From a virus (Duplodnaviria; Caudoviricetes), in IMG/VR virus record IMGVR_UViG_3300028048_000042: 64,000 nt of DNA. One strand, written 5' to 3'. The notes beneath the pieces were generated by a model. The model had not been told where the DNA came from. It saw only the letters and a list, made by a program, of their open reading frames with translations, and did no database searches. A program made the position numbers and the translations under genes. Below are positions 28,296-38,825 of this stretch, in pieces (position 1 is the stretch's first letter; every line of letters starts with the position of its first letter).

Positions 28296-29030
28296 TCAAT
28301 GCCATAAAGTTTGTACTTTATCTATATCACTTGTTTTGTAATAAATAATTTTCCATATATTTGAATTTTTCATTTTGATTGTAGTTAATTCACAATCGTC
28401 AGGATTATAATCGTATTTTTCGTCTTCCGCTAATTTGTCAACCAATTCACTGATAACAGTATCAAAGTTTTCTTGCGATTCAATTTTTCGACTAACAAGA
28501 TAATTGTTTTTGTCTATACAGTTACGATACTTAAAGGTAATTTTTGTAAGTGTTTCACACTGTTTTTTGTTTAGTTCACATTCAAATAGACGTTCTTTTA
28601 TATGTTCTAACATGAATTTGATTTTCTTTTTGGTGTTATTTACGTTTTCATCAATTTCTGAACTAAAATCAAAATCATCGTTGAAAAGTTCTTCAAGCTC
28701 TTGTTCAATTGAATCGCTATCATTAGCACCAATTTCATCATACAATGCATTAATTTCTTTAAATTCTTCTTGTGAAAAAATCACAATTTTTTGTGGAGAA
28801 TCTTCAGTCATAAGAAAACTATGTTTTTTCACATTATATTTATCCCAAAATTCATTTTTAATATATAGTTGCAACCTAGTATAATGTTGGTCAACTTTAT
28901 CTTTAATTTTTTTGATATGAGATTGGATTAAATTTGTTTCATTCTGAAAAAACATTAGGTCTGCAGCATAGCTATCATATTCTTCGTCCAAAACAGTATA
29001 TAAGTCTTCGTATTTAAATTCTTGTTCCAT
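28296..29030 (-). CDS. Hypothetical coiled-coil/acidic protein
   Basis: 244 aa ORF, RBS AAAGGT on - strand, converges on terminator. Confidence 0.75.
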   Translation of the reverse strand: MEQEFKYEDLYTVLDEEYDSYAADLMFFQNETNLIQSHIKKIKDKVDQHYTRLQLYIKNEFWDKYNVKKHSFLMTEDSPQKIVIFSQEEFKEINALYDEIGANDSDSIEQELEELFNDDFDFSSEIDENVNNTKKKIKFMLEHIKERLFECELNKKQCETLTKITFKYRNCIDKNNYLVSRKIESQENFDTVISELVDKLAEDEKYDYNPDDCELTTIKMKNSNIWKIIYYKTSDIDKVQTLWH

Positions 29031-29182
29031 ATTTTTGTTACCTTTCTTTAGCTTACCTTTATTATAGTTAAACTTAGAAAAAATTTCTTAAAACTATTAT
29101 TTAATGATTTTGTCTTGATATTTGATTTGTAGAAGATTAACTTGTCGAATTACAATTCATAAAATAAATACAAGAAAAATTA

Positions 29183-29734
29183 ATGAAAAACATAGGTAGG
29201 TGTAAAAAATTGGACAAATTTAATTATGTCTTGGACGTTTTGGAACAGCAAAACAACCCACTTTATAAGCATTGTGAGCGAGTTGCAATGCTTTGTTATG
29301 AATTTGGTCGCAATTTGGAATTGGACGCAAAAGCTCTTGAAGTATTATATAAATCGGCATTTTTACATGAAATTGGTAGATGTGATTTCCCTGAAGTTAT
29401 AACTATTGAAGGGCATGAATTAAAACTAAGCGATATTTATCCTTTATTCTCAAAAGCTGTTGTTTATAGCATTGGGGATAAATATATCGCAGATATTGTT
29501 GCGCAGCACTTGGAAAAAGTCGATGGTACAGGTCATCCTTGTGGAATTAAGGATGAAGTTCATCTGTTCGCTACAATTATTCGCATTTGTGATATGTATG
29601 ATAATTTCCGTTCTGAAGGAGATAATCATAATACAGCAACTGCAAGAATTCGCAAAGAGGGAGATTTCCCCAAAAAGTTAATCACTTCATTTATTAAGAC
29701 TTTGCTTGATAATGAAGATTTAGAATTGTGGTGA
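29183..29734 (+). CDS. Degenerate HD-GYP domain protein
   Basis: HCERVA, AFLHEIGR (HD to HE), QHLEKVDGTGHPCGI (HHExxDGxGYP variant), IIRICDMYD. Confidence 0.8.
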   Translation: MKNIGRCKKLDKFNYVLDVLEQQNNPLYKHCERVAMLCYEFGRNLELDAKALEVLYKSAFLHEIGRCDFPEVITIEGHELKLSDIYPLFSKAVVYSIGDKYIADIVAQHLEKVDGTGHPCGIKDEVHLFATIIRICDMYDNFRSEGDNHNTATARIRKEGDFPKKLITSFIKTLLDNEDLELW

Positions 29735-29740
29735 TTTAAA

Positions 29741-29974
29741 ATGACAGGAAAAATCATTGGTCATATGAAGAAATTGGGGTACAAATATCATAAAGATGCC
29801 CTTGGTCATTACTTTGACAAAAATGACACACGCCTTTCTGTAATGATTTGTGGGCCTGTATATAATTGCTTTTGTAACAAAATTATCAATGGTCAGTTTC
29901 AACTACAAGATAAGCAGATTAATTTGCTAAATGATGATTTTGTCTACAAATGGTTGATGTTACATATTAACTAA
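29741..29974 (+). CDS. Small hypothetical protein
   Basis: RBS GGTGA, followed by terminator. Confidence 0.6.
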   Translation: MTGKIIGHMKKLGYKYHKDALGHYFDKNDTRLSVMICGPVYNCFCNKIINGQFQLQDKQINLLNDDFVYKWLMLHIN

Positions 29975-29977
29975 AAT

Positions 29978-30016
29978 GATAGTACGCATTTTTCAAGTAG
30001 TGCGTACTATTTTTTT
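29978..30016 (+). terminator. Intrinsic terminator
   Basis: ATAGTACGCA...TGCGTACTAT plus T run. Confidence 0.75.
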
Positions 30017-30036
30017 GGTAGAAAGGAAATAACAAT

Positions 30037-30330
30037 ATGAGTGAAATAGATTTTAAAGTATTGAAAGACCAATATGGATATTATGTTGTTGGTTATATTA
30101 TGAGAGGAAATGTAGAAAGTCAATACCAAACTAATACAGCTTTGGGAATTCTTTTAAATCTCAACAAGGAAGACGTTAAATTTTTCTTGCATGATAAATT
30201 TGGTTCGGAAGAAGAATCAAAGAATGACAAAATGCATTTTGCTGATTATCAAACGGCATCAGATTGTGTAGATGGATTGCGAGATTTAATACCTATGGCA
30301 AAAGAAACAGGTAATTTATTTATTGTTTAG
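30037..30330 (+). CDS. Small hypothetical protein
   Basis: RBS AAAGGA. Confidence 0.7.
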   Translation: MSEIDFKVLKDQYGYYVVGYIMRGNVESQYQTNTALGILLNLNKEDVKFFLHDKFGSEEESKNDKMHFADYQTASDCVDGLRDLIPMAKETGNLFIV

Positions 30331-30341
30331 AGGTGAAGTAA

Positions 30342-33038
30342 ATGGTAAATCGTGATATAGTATTCTCCCTTGATAGAGAATTCAGACACGAATTTTATGA
30401 TTTAAAAGATGTTTTCTATACAAGAGAATATATTTATAATTTTGAATTTAGTTTCCATATTAACAATAATGATGTGCCTGTAAATTCAATTAATATATAT
30501 AAGAATGGAATTTTGTATAAAGATTGTCAGGTATTTCAGAATTCAAATAATGATTATCAAGTAAAAGACGATAATTGGATAAAATATGGTAATAATAATT
30601 TTGCTGTCGAAATTATTTTGGAGGGCGGCAGAATTTATAAGAATGATTTTTATTTGAAAGTCCTAAATGGTTATTCGCAGGATGATTTAGATATTGAAAG
30701 TTTCTCTACTTATGGACTACATGAGAATTTTTCTCCATTAAATGTTATTCTTAGAGTAAACACACAACAAACGATAGACCGTGTTTTATTATACTACCAC
30801 ATATCACCAAATACGCAGATAAATGGTAAATCATATATATCTCCTGAATCGGCAACAGCAGAGCATTATGATAGCAAGGATATAAAATGGAGTTATCTTG
30901 GTCAGATGGAATTAAAGAATCAGCAATATCAATTTACCCATCTAATCTTTGATACTACTATGCAGGAACAAAAATCATACTTATATAAAGCAGTAATTGT
31001 AACCAACAGCGAATTCAAGAAGCAAGTATCAATGAATACTGTAATCAAGCCGAATTCGTTTTCACTAAACACCATACAATATAGAGATGCCGAAACAAAA
31101 CAAAAAGGCTATGATATATATGGTGGAATTGTGGGAAGAATAATGACATCATTAGATGACCCAAATGGATTAAACCCCATGTTTAATGATAAGTTGTTTG
31201 AAATGGTTATAGATAAGACAGATACATGTAGCTATTTGACAATAGATATTGATGGGTGCTATCATTTCATTGCAGAGAAGTATCACGTAGATTATATGCG
31301 TAGGGTATATACTAAAAATCAAACAGACCGTGACCCAAATTATTTTGAGATTTATGGTGATGGGATGGCTACTTACGTGATAGACGAAAATAGAAATATC
31401 TATCAGAAAGATAATTGCCGATTTACAATGAAGCTTATATGTGGTGATAATATATATGTATCTTTTGATATTAAACCATTGAATGATGCTTCATTGGCTG
31501 TAAGGACAGAAAAGACGGCAAACAATGTTATTAGGTATAAGGCTGAAGATAAGGTTGAATATTTGGATAGCGTAGCTGAAGATAAAACTGTTTCGGCTAA
31601 TTCAACAGAAGGACATTTTAAGTATTCTAAAGACGATAAAAGATTACTTTTTGTTGATTCAAAAACCGAGCAAGAAACGAATGTAGCAATTACCATGTAT
31701 CAGAAATATTTTGATGAATGTGATTATTGTCTGTATAATAGTGAGAATTTTTACTTTATACGTTTTAATGAATATGGAATTAATGTTGTTAAGTATGATG
31801 GTATTAATTTTGATGAAGTTAAATATAAAACGTCACTTACAAATCAGACATTAAATTTTGTCAAGAAGAATAACGTAGTTTGTTTTGATAAAGACGATAA
31901 TTTATTTATTAGATTTATCAATACTGATGGAACGAACGTTTTAGAAAAAGTCATTGTAGAAAAAAATGAATTGAAAGTAATTGACTGTTCAGAAATGGTT
32001 GTTATGGCATACAACGATTTGAGAAAGAAGATTTTTGGCTATATAAATAACATTGAGTATGTAAAACAAGGTACAATCAATTATTTTATCACATCGGACA
32101 GCAATGATTATTCTACAATAGAAAGAGTTTTTGATAGTTGTGGGTATGATGATTACAATCTAAAATTCAGTGTGCAGGAATTAACATTTAAGTTGAGTGT
32201 GCCAATTAAGGTGCAATTTAGAGAACCTGCAAGTAATGTAATTATTACATTCAGAACAGATATGAATATAGATTGCAAAAGTGATGTATTATTCTATGAT
32301 GATAACTATGTTATTGGAAATCCTCGAATTAATTACAATATTGATTGTGATACATTGAAATATAGCTATACTGATAAAGGCTTAAATTTGATTGCGCAGA
32401 CAGGTTATGAAAAGCTAAATGGAAAATGGTTTTTGAGATTTAGTAATGCAATGAAGAGCTACACCAAAGATGACTATGCAGATTTCAAACAATGTACATT
32501 GTATTTAAATTCTTCTAGGATATACAACCTTAAACCTGAAGATGTATATGGAAAAGGAACAAAGAGAACCACATTTATGTATCGTGACCTTTGTAGAATG
32601 AGAGCAATAAGGGTAGAATATAACCTTGTAGATTTAATGTTGTATAAAGACGGAGAACTGTTGATAACAAGAATTAATACAGAACTAAAACAACAGGTAT
32701 CTCAAAAGACCGAGAAAACACATTTGTTTTATGAAAAGTATAATGCATATACAGCAGAACAGTTGATGACGTTTGAAACTTTGTTGATGCAAGCACATCA
32801 GTACAAAAAAACAGAAAGGACAATGTATATCTATACAATTAGTGATAGAGATAGTGTAAGTGTAGGTGGCATTACGAGCAAATGGAGAGAAATGCAACCC
32901 ATTACAAGTATTAGTAGTACCCCTGATAAAGTAAGGAATAGTTTCATGCTGAGTTATACGTATCAATATCCATTGAACATAAAAAATAGGCAGAATTATT
33001 TGAAAGATTTGTATATACGTGACCAAAGTGGGGAATAA
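30342..33038 (+). CDS. Large hypothetical beta-rich protein, possibly virion-associated
   Basis: 898 aa ORF, RBS GAGGTGA, Y/N/D/I-rich, no motif recognised. Confidence 0.7.
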   Translation: MVNRDIVFSLDREFRHEFYDLKDVFYTREYIYNFEFSFHINNNDVPVNSINIYKNGILYKDCQVFQNSNNDYQVKDDNWIKYGNNNFAVEIILEGGRIYKNDFYLKVLNGYSQDDLDIESFSTYGLHENFSPLNVILRVNTQQTIDRVLLYYHISPNTQINGKSYISPESATAEHYDSKDIKWSYLGQMELKNQQYQFTHLIFDTTMQEQKSYLYKAVIVTNSEFKKQVSMNTVIKPNSFSLNTIQYRDAETKQKGYDIYGGIVGRIMTSLDDPNGLNPMFNDKLFEMVIDKTDTCSYLTIDIDGCYHFIAEKYHVDYMRRVYTKNQTDRDPNYFEIYGDGMATYVIDENRNIYQKDNCRFTMKLICGDNIYVSFDIKPLNDASLAVRTEKTANNVIRYKAEDKVEYLDSVAEDKTVSANSTEGHFKYSKDDKRLLFVDSKTEQETNVAITMYQKYFDECDYCLYNSENFYFIRFNEYGINVVKYDGINFDEVKYKTSLTNQTLNFVKKNNVVCFDKDDNLFIRFINTDGTNVLEKVIVEKNELKVIDCSEMVVMAYNDLRKKIFGYINNIEYVKQGTINYFITSDSNDYSTIERVFDSCGYDDYNLKFSVQELTFKLSVPIKVQFREPASNVIITFRTDMNIDCKSDVLFYDDNYVIGNPRINYNIDCDTLKYSYTDKGLNLIAQTGYEKLNGKWFLRFSNAMKSYTKDDYADFKQCTLYLNSSRIYNLKPEDVYGKGTKRTTFMYRDLCRMRAIRVEYNLVDLMLYKDGELLITRINTELKQQVSQKTEKTHLFYEKYNAYTAEQLMTFETLLMQAHQYKKTERTMYIYTISDRDSVSVGGITSKWREMQPITSISSTPDKVRNSFMLSYTYQYPLNIKNRQNYLKDLYIRDQSGE

Positions 33039-33041
33039 ACG

Positions 33042-33081
33042 AAAAAGAGGTATGTCATATTTTCAAGACACACCTCTTTTT
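33042..33081 (+). terminator. Intrinsic terminator
   Basis: AAAAGAGGT...ACCTCTTTTT. Confidence 0.7.
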
Positions 33082-33091
33082 GTTAAAAGTG

Positions 33092-33120
33092 TTGACAGGA
33101 GAGAGGTTTTTTGGTATATT
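33092..33120 (+). promoter_or_regulatory. Sigma-A/sigma70-type promoter
   Basis: TTGACA-17 bp-TATATT with extended -10 TG. Confidence 0.8.
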
Positions 33121-33151
33121 ATATGTGAAGTAAAAAAAGAAAGGAATTGAA

Positions 33152-34699
33152 TTGAAAATGGAAAACAAACAATTTGGTCAGAGTAAATCATGTGTACTTT
33201 TTCTTTTTGATACTCCAATTCAGTTGTCGGCAGAAAAGGATGAAGCGACAAAAAGAGAAAAACTTCAGGAGTTAATTAATTTATCTCCAAAGCACATTAG
33301 TTTTAAATCTATTTCAGAATTAGCACGTTTTATGGCTACAATTGACAATGCTATACACGCAAATTCTGCATGGAATATTATCACAAGAAAATTCGATGAT
33401 GACATTAAATGTTACTTGGAATATGAAAATAGTGATTTTGCTGTAAAGAAATTTGTCAGCAGAAAGCATAACCGTGAAGACATACCGTATACAGTGGCAG
33501 GATATAACTACTATATTGTTGTGAGCGATTGTGAAGCTTTTTCTATTGAAGAAGAAAAAGGTGTTGTTGATGAAGCACATAAAATTGTAAGAACTAAATC
33601 TAAACATATTGCGGCAATTAAGAATGATTTGGATTATCACACTGTAGATGGGAAAGAAATCAATTATTATCAGGTAAGAAAAGTATTGAGAGAGGAATAT
33701 CCTGATTTGTTCCTTTGGAAGATTGGAATTCGTGCTTTAAAAAATATGAAGCGTGATATGCCAAAGCAGATTAGCGAAAGCGTTTTTGTACGTGATGAAA
33801 ATGCAAAAATCCTCAACAATATTAGATACTATGAAATGAACCATCGAGGGAAAAAATATAAATGGTATGATTTGGATGATTTCTTCGAAAGAATGAATAT
33901 TAAGCAACAGAAGAGAAAATCTTTTCTTCGAGTTATGGGATTGCATACAACACCTCACGGCGAAAATTATATATTTGTAGTTGGAAAAAATGCAAAAGCC
34001 GAAACTCTGTTGATTGAAGAAACCCAATTATATGCTGTCTGTGTTAATTGGAATGAAACTTTCCGCAATATGGTGTGCGGTAAAATTCTTCCTTCCATCA
34101 ATAAGACAGGAAAATTTGATGTACAGCAGTTGAAACAGGAACAAGAGACTACTGATGCAGTTCCTGTAGATGCTGTTACAGTACCTGTTGAAGTAAATTC
34201 AGCTAATACACTGCCTGATATTGCCAACAATACAATGATTTCTGCTGAAATTGTCAATAAGCAGGCTGCTAAAATCACATCAATTCTCAATCGCTATCAT
34301 GATTATCATGGCTGTTTGACTCCTGTTGATATGGATTATTTGAATGCAACCAAACCTGCATTGCACGATATAATTATTGACACTGTTGTTGTGGCAAAAG
34401 GGCTGAAACTACGTAAAAATGAAGATTGTGTCAATATTTATGAAAAATATCATGAGTTTGTTGAAGGAATGTTTGATTGTGATGATGATTACTTCAATCA
34501 CTTGGTAGATGTTATTATGACATATACTTGTCTTGGAGCACTAAACTTTGACAATCAAATGAGTCTGAATGAAAAGGTCAATTTGATTAACAAAAAATCG
34601 TCTTCTTTTTCTATTCAGAACAAAAAATGCATTTTGAGTAGACAGGCTATTTGGGATGATGTTTTAAAGAAATTTGAGAAAAATGTATTAGATGTATAA
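33152..34699 (+). CDS. Protein with internal Bro-N (antirepressor-like DNA-binding) domain
   Basis: LIEETQLY...FRNMVCGKILPSINKTGKF matches Bro-N consensus I.ESGLY...F..WV..EVLPSIRKTG.Y. Confidence 0.7.
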   Translation: MKMENKQFGQSKSCVLFLFDTPIQLSAEKDEATKREKLQELINLSPKHISFKSISELARFMATIDNAIHANSAWNIITRKFDDDIKCYLEYENSDFAVKKFVSRKHNREDIPYTVAGYNYYIVVSDCEAFSIEEEKGVVDEAHKIVRTKSKHIAAIKNDLDYHTVDGKEINYYQVRKVLREEYPDLFLWKIGIRALKNMKRDMPKQISESVFVRDENAKILNNIRYYEMNHRGKKYKWYDLDDFFERMNIKQQKRKSFLRVMGLHTTPHGENYIFVVGKNAKAETLLIEETQLYAVCVNWNETFRNMVCGKILPSINKTGKFDVQQLKQEQETTDAVPVDAVTVPVEVNSANTLPDIANNTMISAEIVNKQAAKITSILNRYHDYHGCLTPVDMDYLNATKPALHDIIIDTVVVAKGLKLRKNEDCVNIYEKYHEFVEGMFDCDDDYFNHLVDVIMTYTCLGALNFDNQMSLNEKVNLINKKSSSFSIQNKKCILSRQAIWDDVLKKFEKNVLDV

Positions 34700-34704
34700 A
34701 AAAG

Positions 34705-34735
34705 AAAAAGCGTCACGTTTCGTGACGCTTTTTTT
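34705..34735 (+). terminator. Intrinsic terminator
   Basis: AAAAAGCGTCACG-ttt-CGTGACGCTTTTT. Confidence 0.9.
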
Positions 34736-34794
34736 GTATGAATGTTATATGGTTGAGTGGGAAAAAGTATATTTTTCTTAGAGGTGACAGGGAC

Positions 34795-35832
34795 TTGAAA
34801 CATACAATACAGGTACATATGACAAATTCATGCAATTTAAAGTGTGAGTATTGTTACATAAAACAAAATTCATTATCGTTAACGCAAGATGTTCTTGAAC
34901 AACAGTTGGCAAAGGTCAAGGAATTGTCATATATGCTGAGTGGTTGTGATTGCGAATATGATGTTACTTATTTTGGTGGAGAGCCTTTATTGAAAATTGA
35001 CAATGTGTTAAAGTTTGATGAATATATTTGTGATAATTTTGATGTATGTCACAAATTTATGCAAACGAATGGTATGTTGTTGACAAAAGCAATCAAAGAA
35101 AAATTGGACGATAGAAAAATAAATATAGGAATTAGTTGTGATGGTTGCAATGACCCAAATCATAAAGAGGTCGAAAGATTATATCGAGAAAAAATAATCC
35201 ATATGCATCCTAAAATGATGGTTGATGGTTATAACGTTGGTTCGTTGATGGAAAATATAAAATATTTTTTTGATATGGCGATAAGAACTCAGTGCAGAGA
35301 TTTTTATATAGATGCTTCATTTGTTAAGGATAAAGTTTGGAATAAAAAATCATTAGAAATTCTTAAAACCCAATTAGACGAGTTAAATGATTTTATATTG
35401 TGGGTATATAAAAATTATAATTATTACTTAAAAATTGGATTTTTAGACAGAGTATTGCAAAACATTATCAAAGGGAAACGTGATTTTATTTGCTTCGCAG
35501 GCAGTACAGGATTTAGTATTACGCCAACAGGAGTGATATATCCATGTTCTAGGTTTTACAGTGCAAATGAATACCCTTTATATGATAGTAATAGAAATGA
35601 ATTTTTTTATGACAACATAGATTTCATTAAAAAGAATAATATAACAAAGAATGAAAAGTGTAATGAATGTGCGATAAACAAATATTGTAATCAAGGTTGT
35701 TATTATTCACAAATAAAAAATGGTGGCATTATTGACGAATATTGTGAAGTGCAAAAGATAGCTTTCCATAAAGTGACAGAGTTATACAAAAAATTCAGAA
35801 AATTCTATAATATAGATATAACGAGGATGTAA
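34795..35832 (+). CDS. Radical SAM/SPASM protein
   Basis: CNLKCEYC, YFGGEPL, QTNG; SPASM CFAG...G.IYPCSRF...CNECAINKYCNQGC...C; start moved to TTG 34795 after RBS GAGGTG. Confidence 0.95.
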   Translation: MKHTIQVHMTNSCNLKCEYCYIKQNSLSLTQDVLEQQLAKVKELSYMLSGCDCEYDVTYFGGEPLLKIDNVLKFDEYICDNFDVCHKFMQTNGMLLTKAIKEKLDDRKINIGISCDGCNDPNHKEVERLYREKIIHMHPKMMVDGYNVGSLMENIKYFFDMAIRTQCRDFYIDASFVKDKVWNKKSLEILKTQLDELNDFILWVYKNYNYYLKIGFLDRVLQNIIKGKRDFICFAGSTGFSITPTGVIYPCSRFYSANEYPLYDSNRNEFFYDNIDFIKKNNITKNEKCNECAINKYCNQGCYYSQIKNGGIIDEYCEVQKIAFHKVTELYKKFRKFYNIDITRM

Positions 35833-35834
35833 AT

Positions 35835-36275
35835 ATGCAAATTTTTAAACAGAATTCATCAATGCGTTCGAAAAAATTTAGAATTGACGATAGAGTTGTG
35901 AGGATTTGCGAAGCGAAATGGCGATACGATATTATTATTAATAATATTATTGCCATAAGTGATAATCAAAAATTAAAAAAGTATTTGCCAAAACGTATAG
36001 TATGTAATAGCAACAAAATAGAATATGATTATGTAGAAGGTAGAGATTTGGTAAAAAATTTCAACATCAAAGATAATTTTTTGTATGCTAAAATGCTATA
36101 TAATTTGTATGCAGAAAAAGTTTTTATTGCAGATATGCGAAGGGAAAACGTTATTGTTAATGAAGATGGGATTTGCATAATAGATTTAGATAGGCAACCA
36201 ATCTCTCGAAAAGAATTTTTGTTGTTTCATATTTGGGAGTTTGTTACTTTTGGATTTTTGGAAAATTTTAAGTAG
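35835..36275 (+). CDS. Minimal protein-kinase-like fold protein; paralogue of 41674..42165
   Basis: YDYVEGRDL hinge, D.RRENVI catalytic loop, IIDLD. Confidence 0.65.
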   Translation: MQIFKQNSSMRSKKFRIDDRVVRICEAKWRYDIIINNIIAISDNQKLKKYLPKRIVCNSNKIEYDYVEGRDLVKNFNIKDNFLYAKMLYNLYAEKVFIADMRRENVIVNEDGICIIDLDRQPISRKEFLLFHIWEFVTFGFLENFK

Positions 36276-36286
36276 GTGAGATATTT

Positions 36287-37345
36287 TTGAGAACGCCAAT
36301 GAGTGTATCAATCAATATGGGTAGTGGCTGTAATTTCCGTTGCAAATATTGTTTTGAGGTGAAAAACGGCGCAGTTAATCATCCAAAATCATTAACTGCA
36401 AAAACAAAAGAAAGAACAATTGAGGTTTTGCATTTGTTGCAAGAACTCCACGATTTGCGAATTGAATTTTGGGGTGGAGAACCGTCTGTATATTTCAAAG
36501 ATATAAAAGAAATCATTGATGAATTTACACCTTATGAAAATGTATCATTCTTTATGTATACAAATGGCTCTTTGGTAAGTCAGTATGCGGATGAATTGCT
36601 GGAAATTCATAAGAATGTTGGTCATAGATTTGAAGTGCAGGTATCTTATGATTATCAGAATTTGAGTAACAATCAGAGATTGCAATTAAATAAAACTGTT
36701 GAAGAAACAGATGAAATGGTTCGAGATGCAATTAAATTCTTCGATAGAAATGGATTCAAGTTTGGAACAAAAACGACTTGTACAATGAAGGACTTGGAAG
36801 AAAACATTTATGATATGTATCTAAATTATGAACAGTTAAATTCTGAATTGAAACATAAAGTTCCATTTGTTTGTACTCCTGATACTTTAGGTTCAGGTAG
36901 TATTGATTATGAAAAAATGCACGAACAGTTTGTAAAACTGATTAGATATTTTTTGAAGAATAAGAAATTCAAGCAAACAGGATTTTTGTGGTTTGACCAA
37001 AATGGTAATAAAGATTGTATGGGTGGAGCAAATTCATTCCAAATTGATATAGATGGCAGAGTAACGTATTGTCATGGATGTTTGTATATGAATGATAAGA
37101 TGTTTTATACAAATATTTTTGAGGATAATTTTTTGCATAAAATTGACCATAATTACCTTGTTGCAAATTCAAAATTTACAAAACCTGAACAATGCTTAAA
37201 TTGCAATTCGCAATTTTGCTTCAGATGTAATGCAATTAATAGTAAGGGAAATCCTGATAATTGGGATAAACCAAATTCACCTGAGGTATGCAAGCTGTAT
37301 CGAAAAATTTCTGAATATATAGAAGCATATTTAAGAATGAAATGA
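36287..37345 (+). CDS. Radical SAM/SPASM protein
   Basis: CNFRCKYC, FWGGEP, YTNG; CMGG...DG.VTYCHGC...CLNC.SQFCFRC...C. Confidence 0.95.
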   Translation: MRTPMSVSINMGSGCNFRCKYCFEVKNGAVNHPKSLTAKTKERTIEVLHLLQELHDLRIEFWGGEPSVYFKDIKEIIDEFTPYENVSFFMYTNGSLVSQYADELLEIHKNVGHRFEVQVSYDYQNLSNNQRLQLNKTVEETDEMVRDAIKFFDRNGFKFGTKTTCTMKDLEENIYDMYLNYEQLNSELKHKVPFVCTPDTLGSGSIDYEKMHEQFVKLIRYFLKNKKFKQTGFLWFDQNGNKDCMGGANSFQIDIDGRVTYCHGCLYMNDKMFYTNIFEDNFLHKIDHNYLVANSKFTKPEQCLNCNSQFCFRCNAINSKGNPDNWDKPNSPEVCKLYRKISEYIEAYLRMK

Positions 37346-37448
37346 ATAATTTTTTAGCTGTAGCACTTTGTTATTTGTTTTTGTGTTTTTTGTATTAAAT
37401 GGATAGAGTGCAATAAAATAAAAAAATAATAATGGAAGTGATACAAAA

Positions 37449-38810
37449 ATGTCAATGACAGCAACTAAGTACATTTCAGCATTTTATCAAATCATAAAAG
37501 ACCCAACAGGCACTTTCCCTATTTGTAGACCATATGGTACAAGCGGAAACGATAAAGGGTATGATTTTGGTACTGCATTTTGGGATGGTACTTATTACAA
37601 AGCAAATGCAGATAATGCTAAAGGATTAGCAGGATTTAATAGACGAGATAAAATGTTGAGAGAGACATTTAGTACGGCTGAACCTATTACTAATGTGGAA
37701 TGGAATCAGTTGATTACGAAACTGAGACAGGAATTCGCAATTCGTTGCGAATTTAATGGTTCATATGTTCCATCTGTAAAAACTGTTGGTGTTACAGAAA
37801 CAGGTGATAGAACAAAATCAGGCTCTGACAATCATCAATTCTTTAGTCCAAAAGATGAAATCCTAAGAGAAGATTATAAGAATATCTATCGTGATATTAT
37901 GAGTTTGCTTGTATATGAAATTCCTGTTGAAGATGCCGTAAATAATCCTCGTCTTCCTATGGATAATTTCTCATTCAACCGCAAAAATACCGCAGGTGGA
38001 TATGGCGGTGATTCATCTAACTTGGATGTTAATCCTAACGCAGAAGCCATTAATGAAGGTACTCGTGTGGGGAATAACTGGTGGACAGGACAGAAAATGC
38101 GTGAATATATGTATAGACACGCAACAGGTGCTACTGCAAATAAGGTTATTACAAGTAATGCTAATAACGGTATTTTGTTGACTATGGGATTACCAAGTGA
38201 CATTTTAACTAATAAGGAATATGGTTATACTACATTTGGTAGCCGTAATGTTGCAGCATATATTCCTGGTTCTGATATGAATACAACAAAAACAGTAAGA
38301 AGTAGCAAAAGACCTTATGGTAATACAGACTATCTTGCAAAAACAGTTGATGAAAATGGCACAACTCATATTTTGAAAAATTCAAATGGATTTTATCAGG
38401 TTTCTCAGGAATTTAAGGATATGGTTGCAAAACGTAAACAGTTCTTGGGTGGTAATGTTAAGGTTAAGTGTACACGTACTGTTTTAACAGGTAAAGATGA
38501 ATATGGTATGCCAAAATATGTAACAGAAAAAGAAGAGCGTGAAATGCCACTTGTAACAGCGTTGACATCTGTTACTGTTTCAGGTAACTATACTGTAGAT
38601 ATTAGCGCAGATAGCGTAGGAAGATATTACATGGCTATGGTAAATCAGTTAGCAAGAACTTGTGTATGTAACTGTAATTATTGCTCTTGCTTTGGTCATG
38701 AAGCTAGTTGTATTTGTTATGTTGTAAAAGTTTCAGGTTGGTGCTATTCTTATCAGTATGATTTTGATGCAAACAGAGGTTGGATTTCACCTGAAACTGT
38801 TGCAAAATAA
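37449..38810 (+). CDS. Fibre-like virion protein with Cys-rich C-terminal tip (candidate radical SAM substrate)
   Basis: G/T/N-rich body; C-terminal RTCVCNCNYCSCFGHEASCICY...WCY; follows two SPASM genes. Confidence 0.65.
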   Translation: MSMTATKYISAFYQIIKDPTGTFPICRPYGTSGNDKGYDFGTAFWDGTYYKANADNAKGLAGFNRRDKMLRETFSTAEPITNVEWNQLITKLRQEFAIRCEFNGSYVPSVKTVGVTETGDRTKSGSDNHQFFSPKDEILREDYKNIYRDIMSLLVYEIPVEDAVNNPRLPMDNFSFNRKNTAGGYGGDSSNLDVNPNAEAINEGTRVGNNWWTGQKMREYMYRHATGATANKVITSNANNGILLTMGLPSDILTNKEYGYTTFGSRNVAAYIPGSDMNTTKTVRSSKRPYGNTDYLAKTVDENGTTHILKNSNGFYQVSQEFKDMVAKRKQFLGGNVKVKCTRTVLTGKDEYGMPKYVTEKEEREMPLVTALTSVTVSGNYTVDISADSVGRYYMAMVNQLARTCVCNCNYCSCFGHEASCICYVVKVSGWCYSYQYDFDANRGWISPETVAK

Positions 38811-38825
38811 GAAAGGATTATTTTC

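Noticed and set aside
30328-30330. Possible stop-codon recoding as in some large gut phages
   Set aside because: TAG (30328, 36273) and TGA terminate genes directly before the next RBS/start; code 11 gives dense, uninterrupted ORFs
37449-38810. Diversity-generating retroelement target in the fibre tip
   Set aside because: No reverse transcriptase or template/variable repeat pair seen in the window
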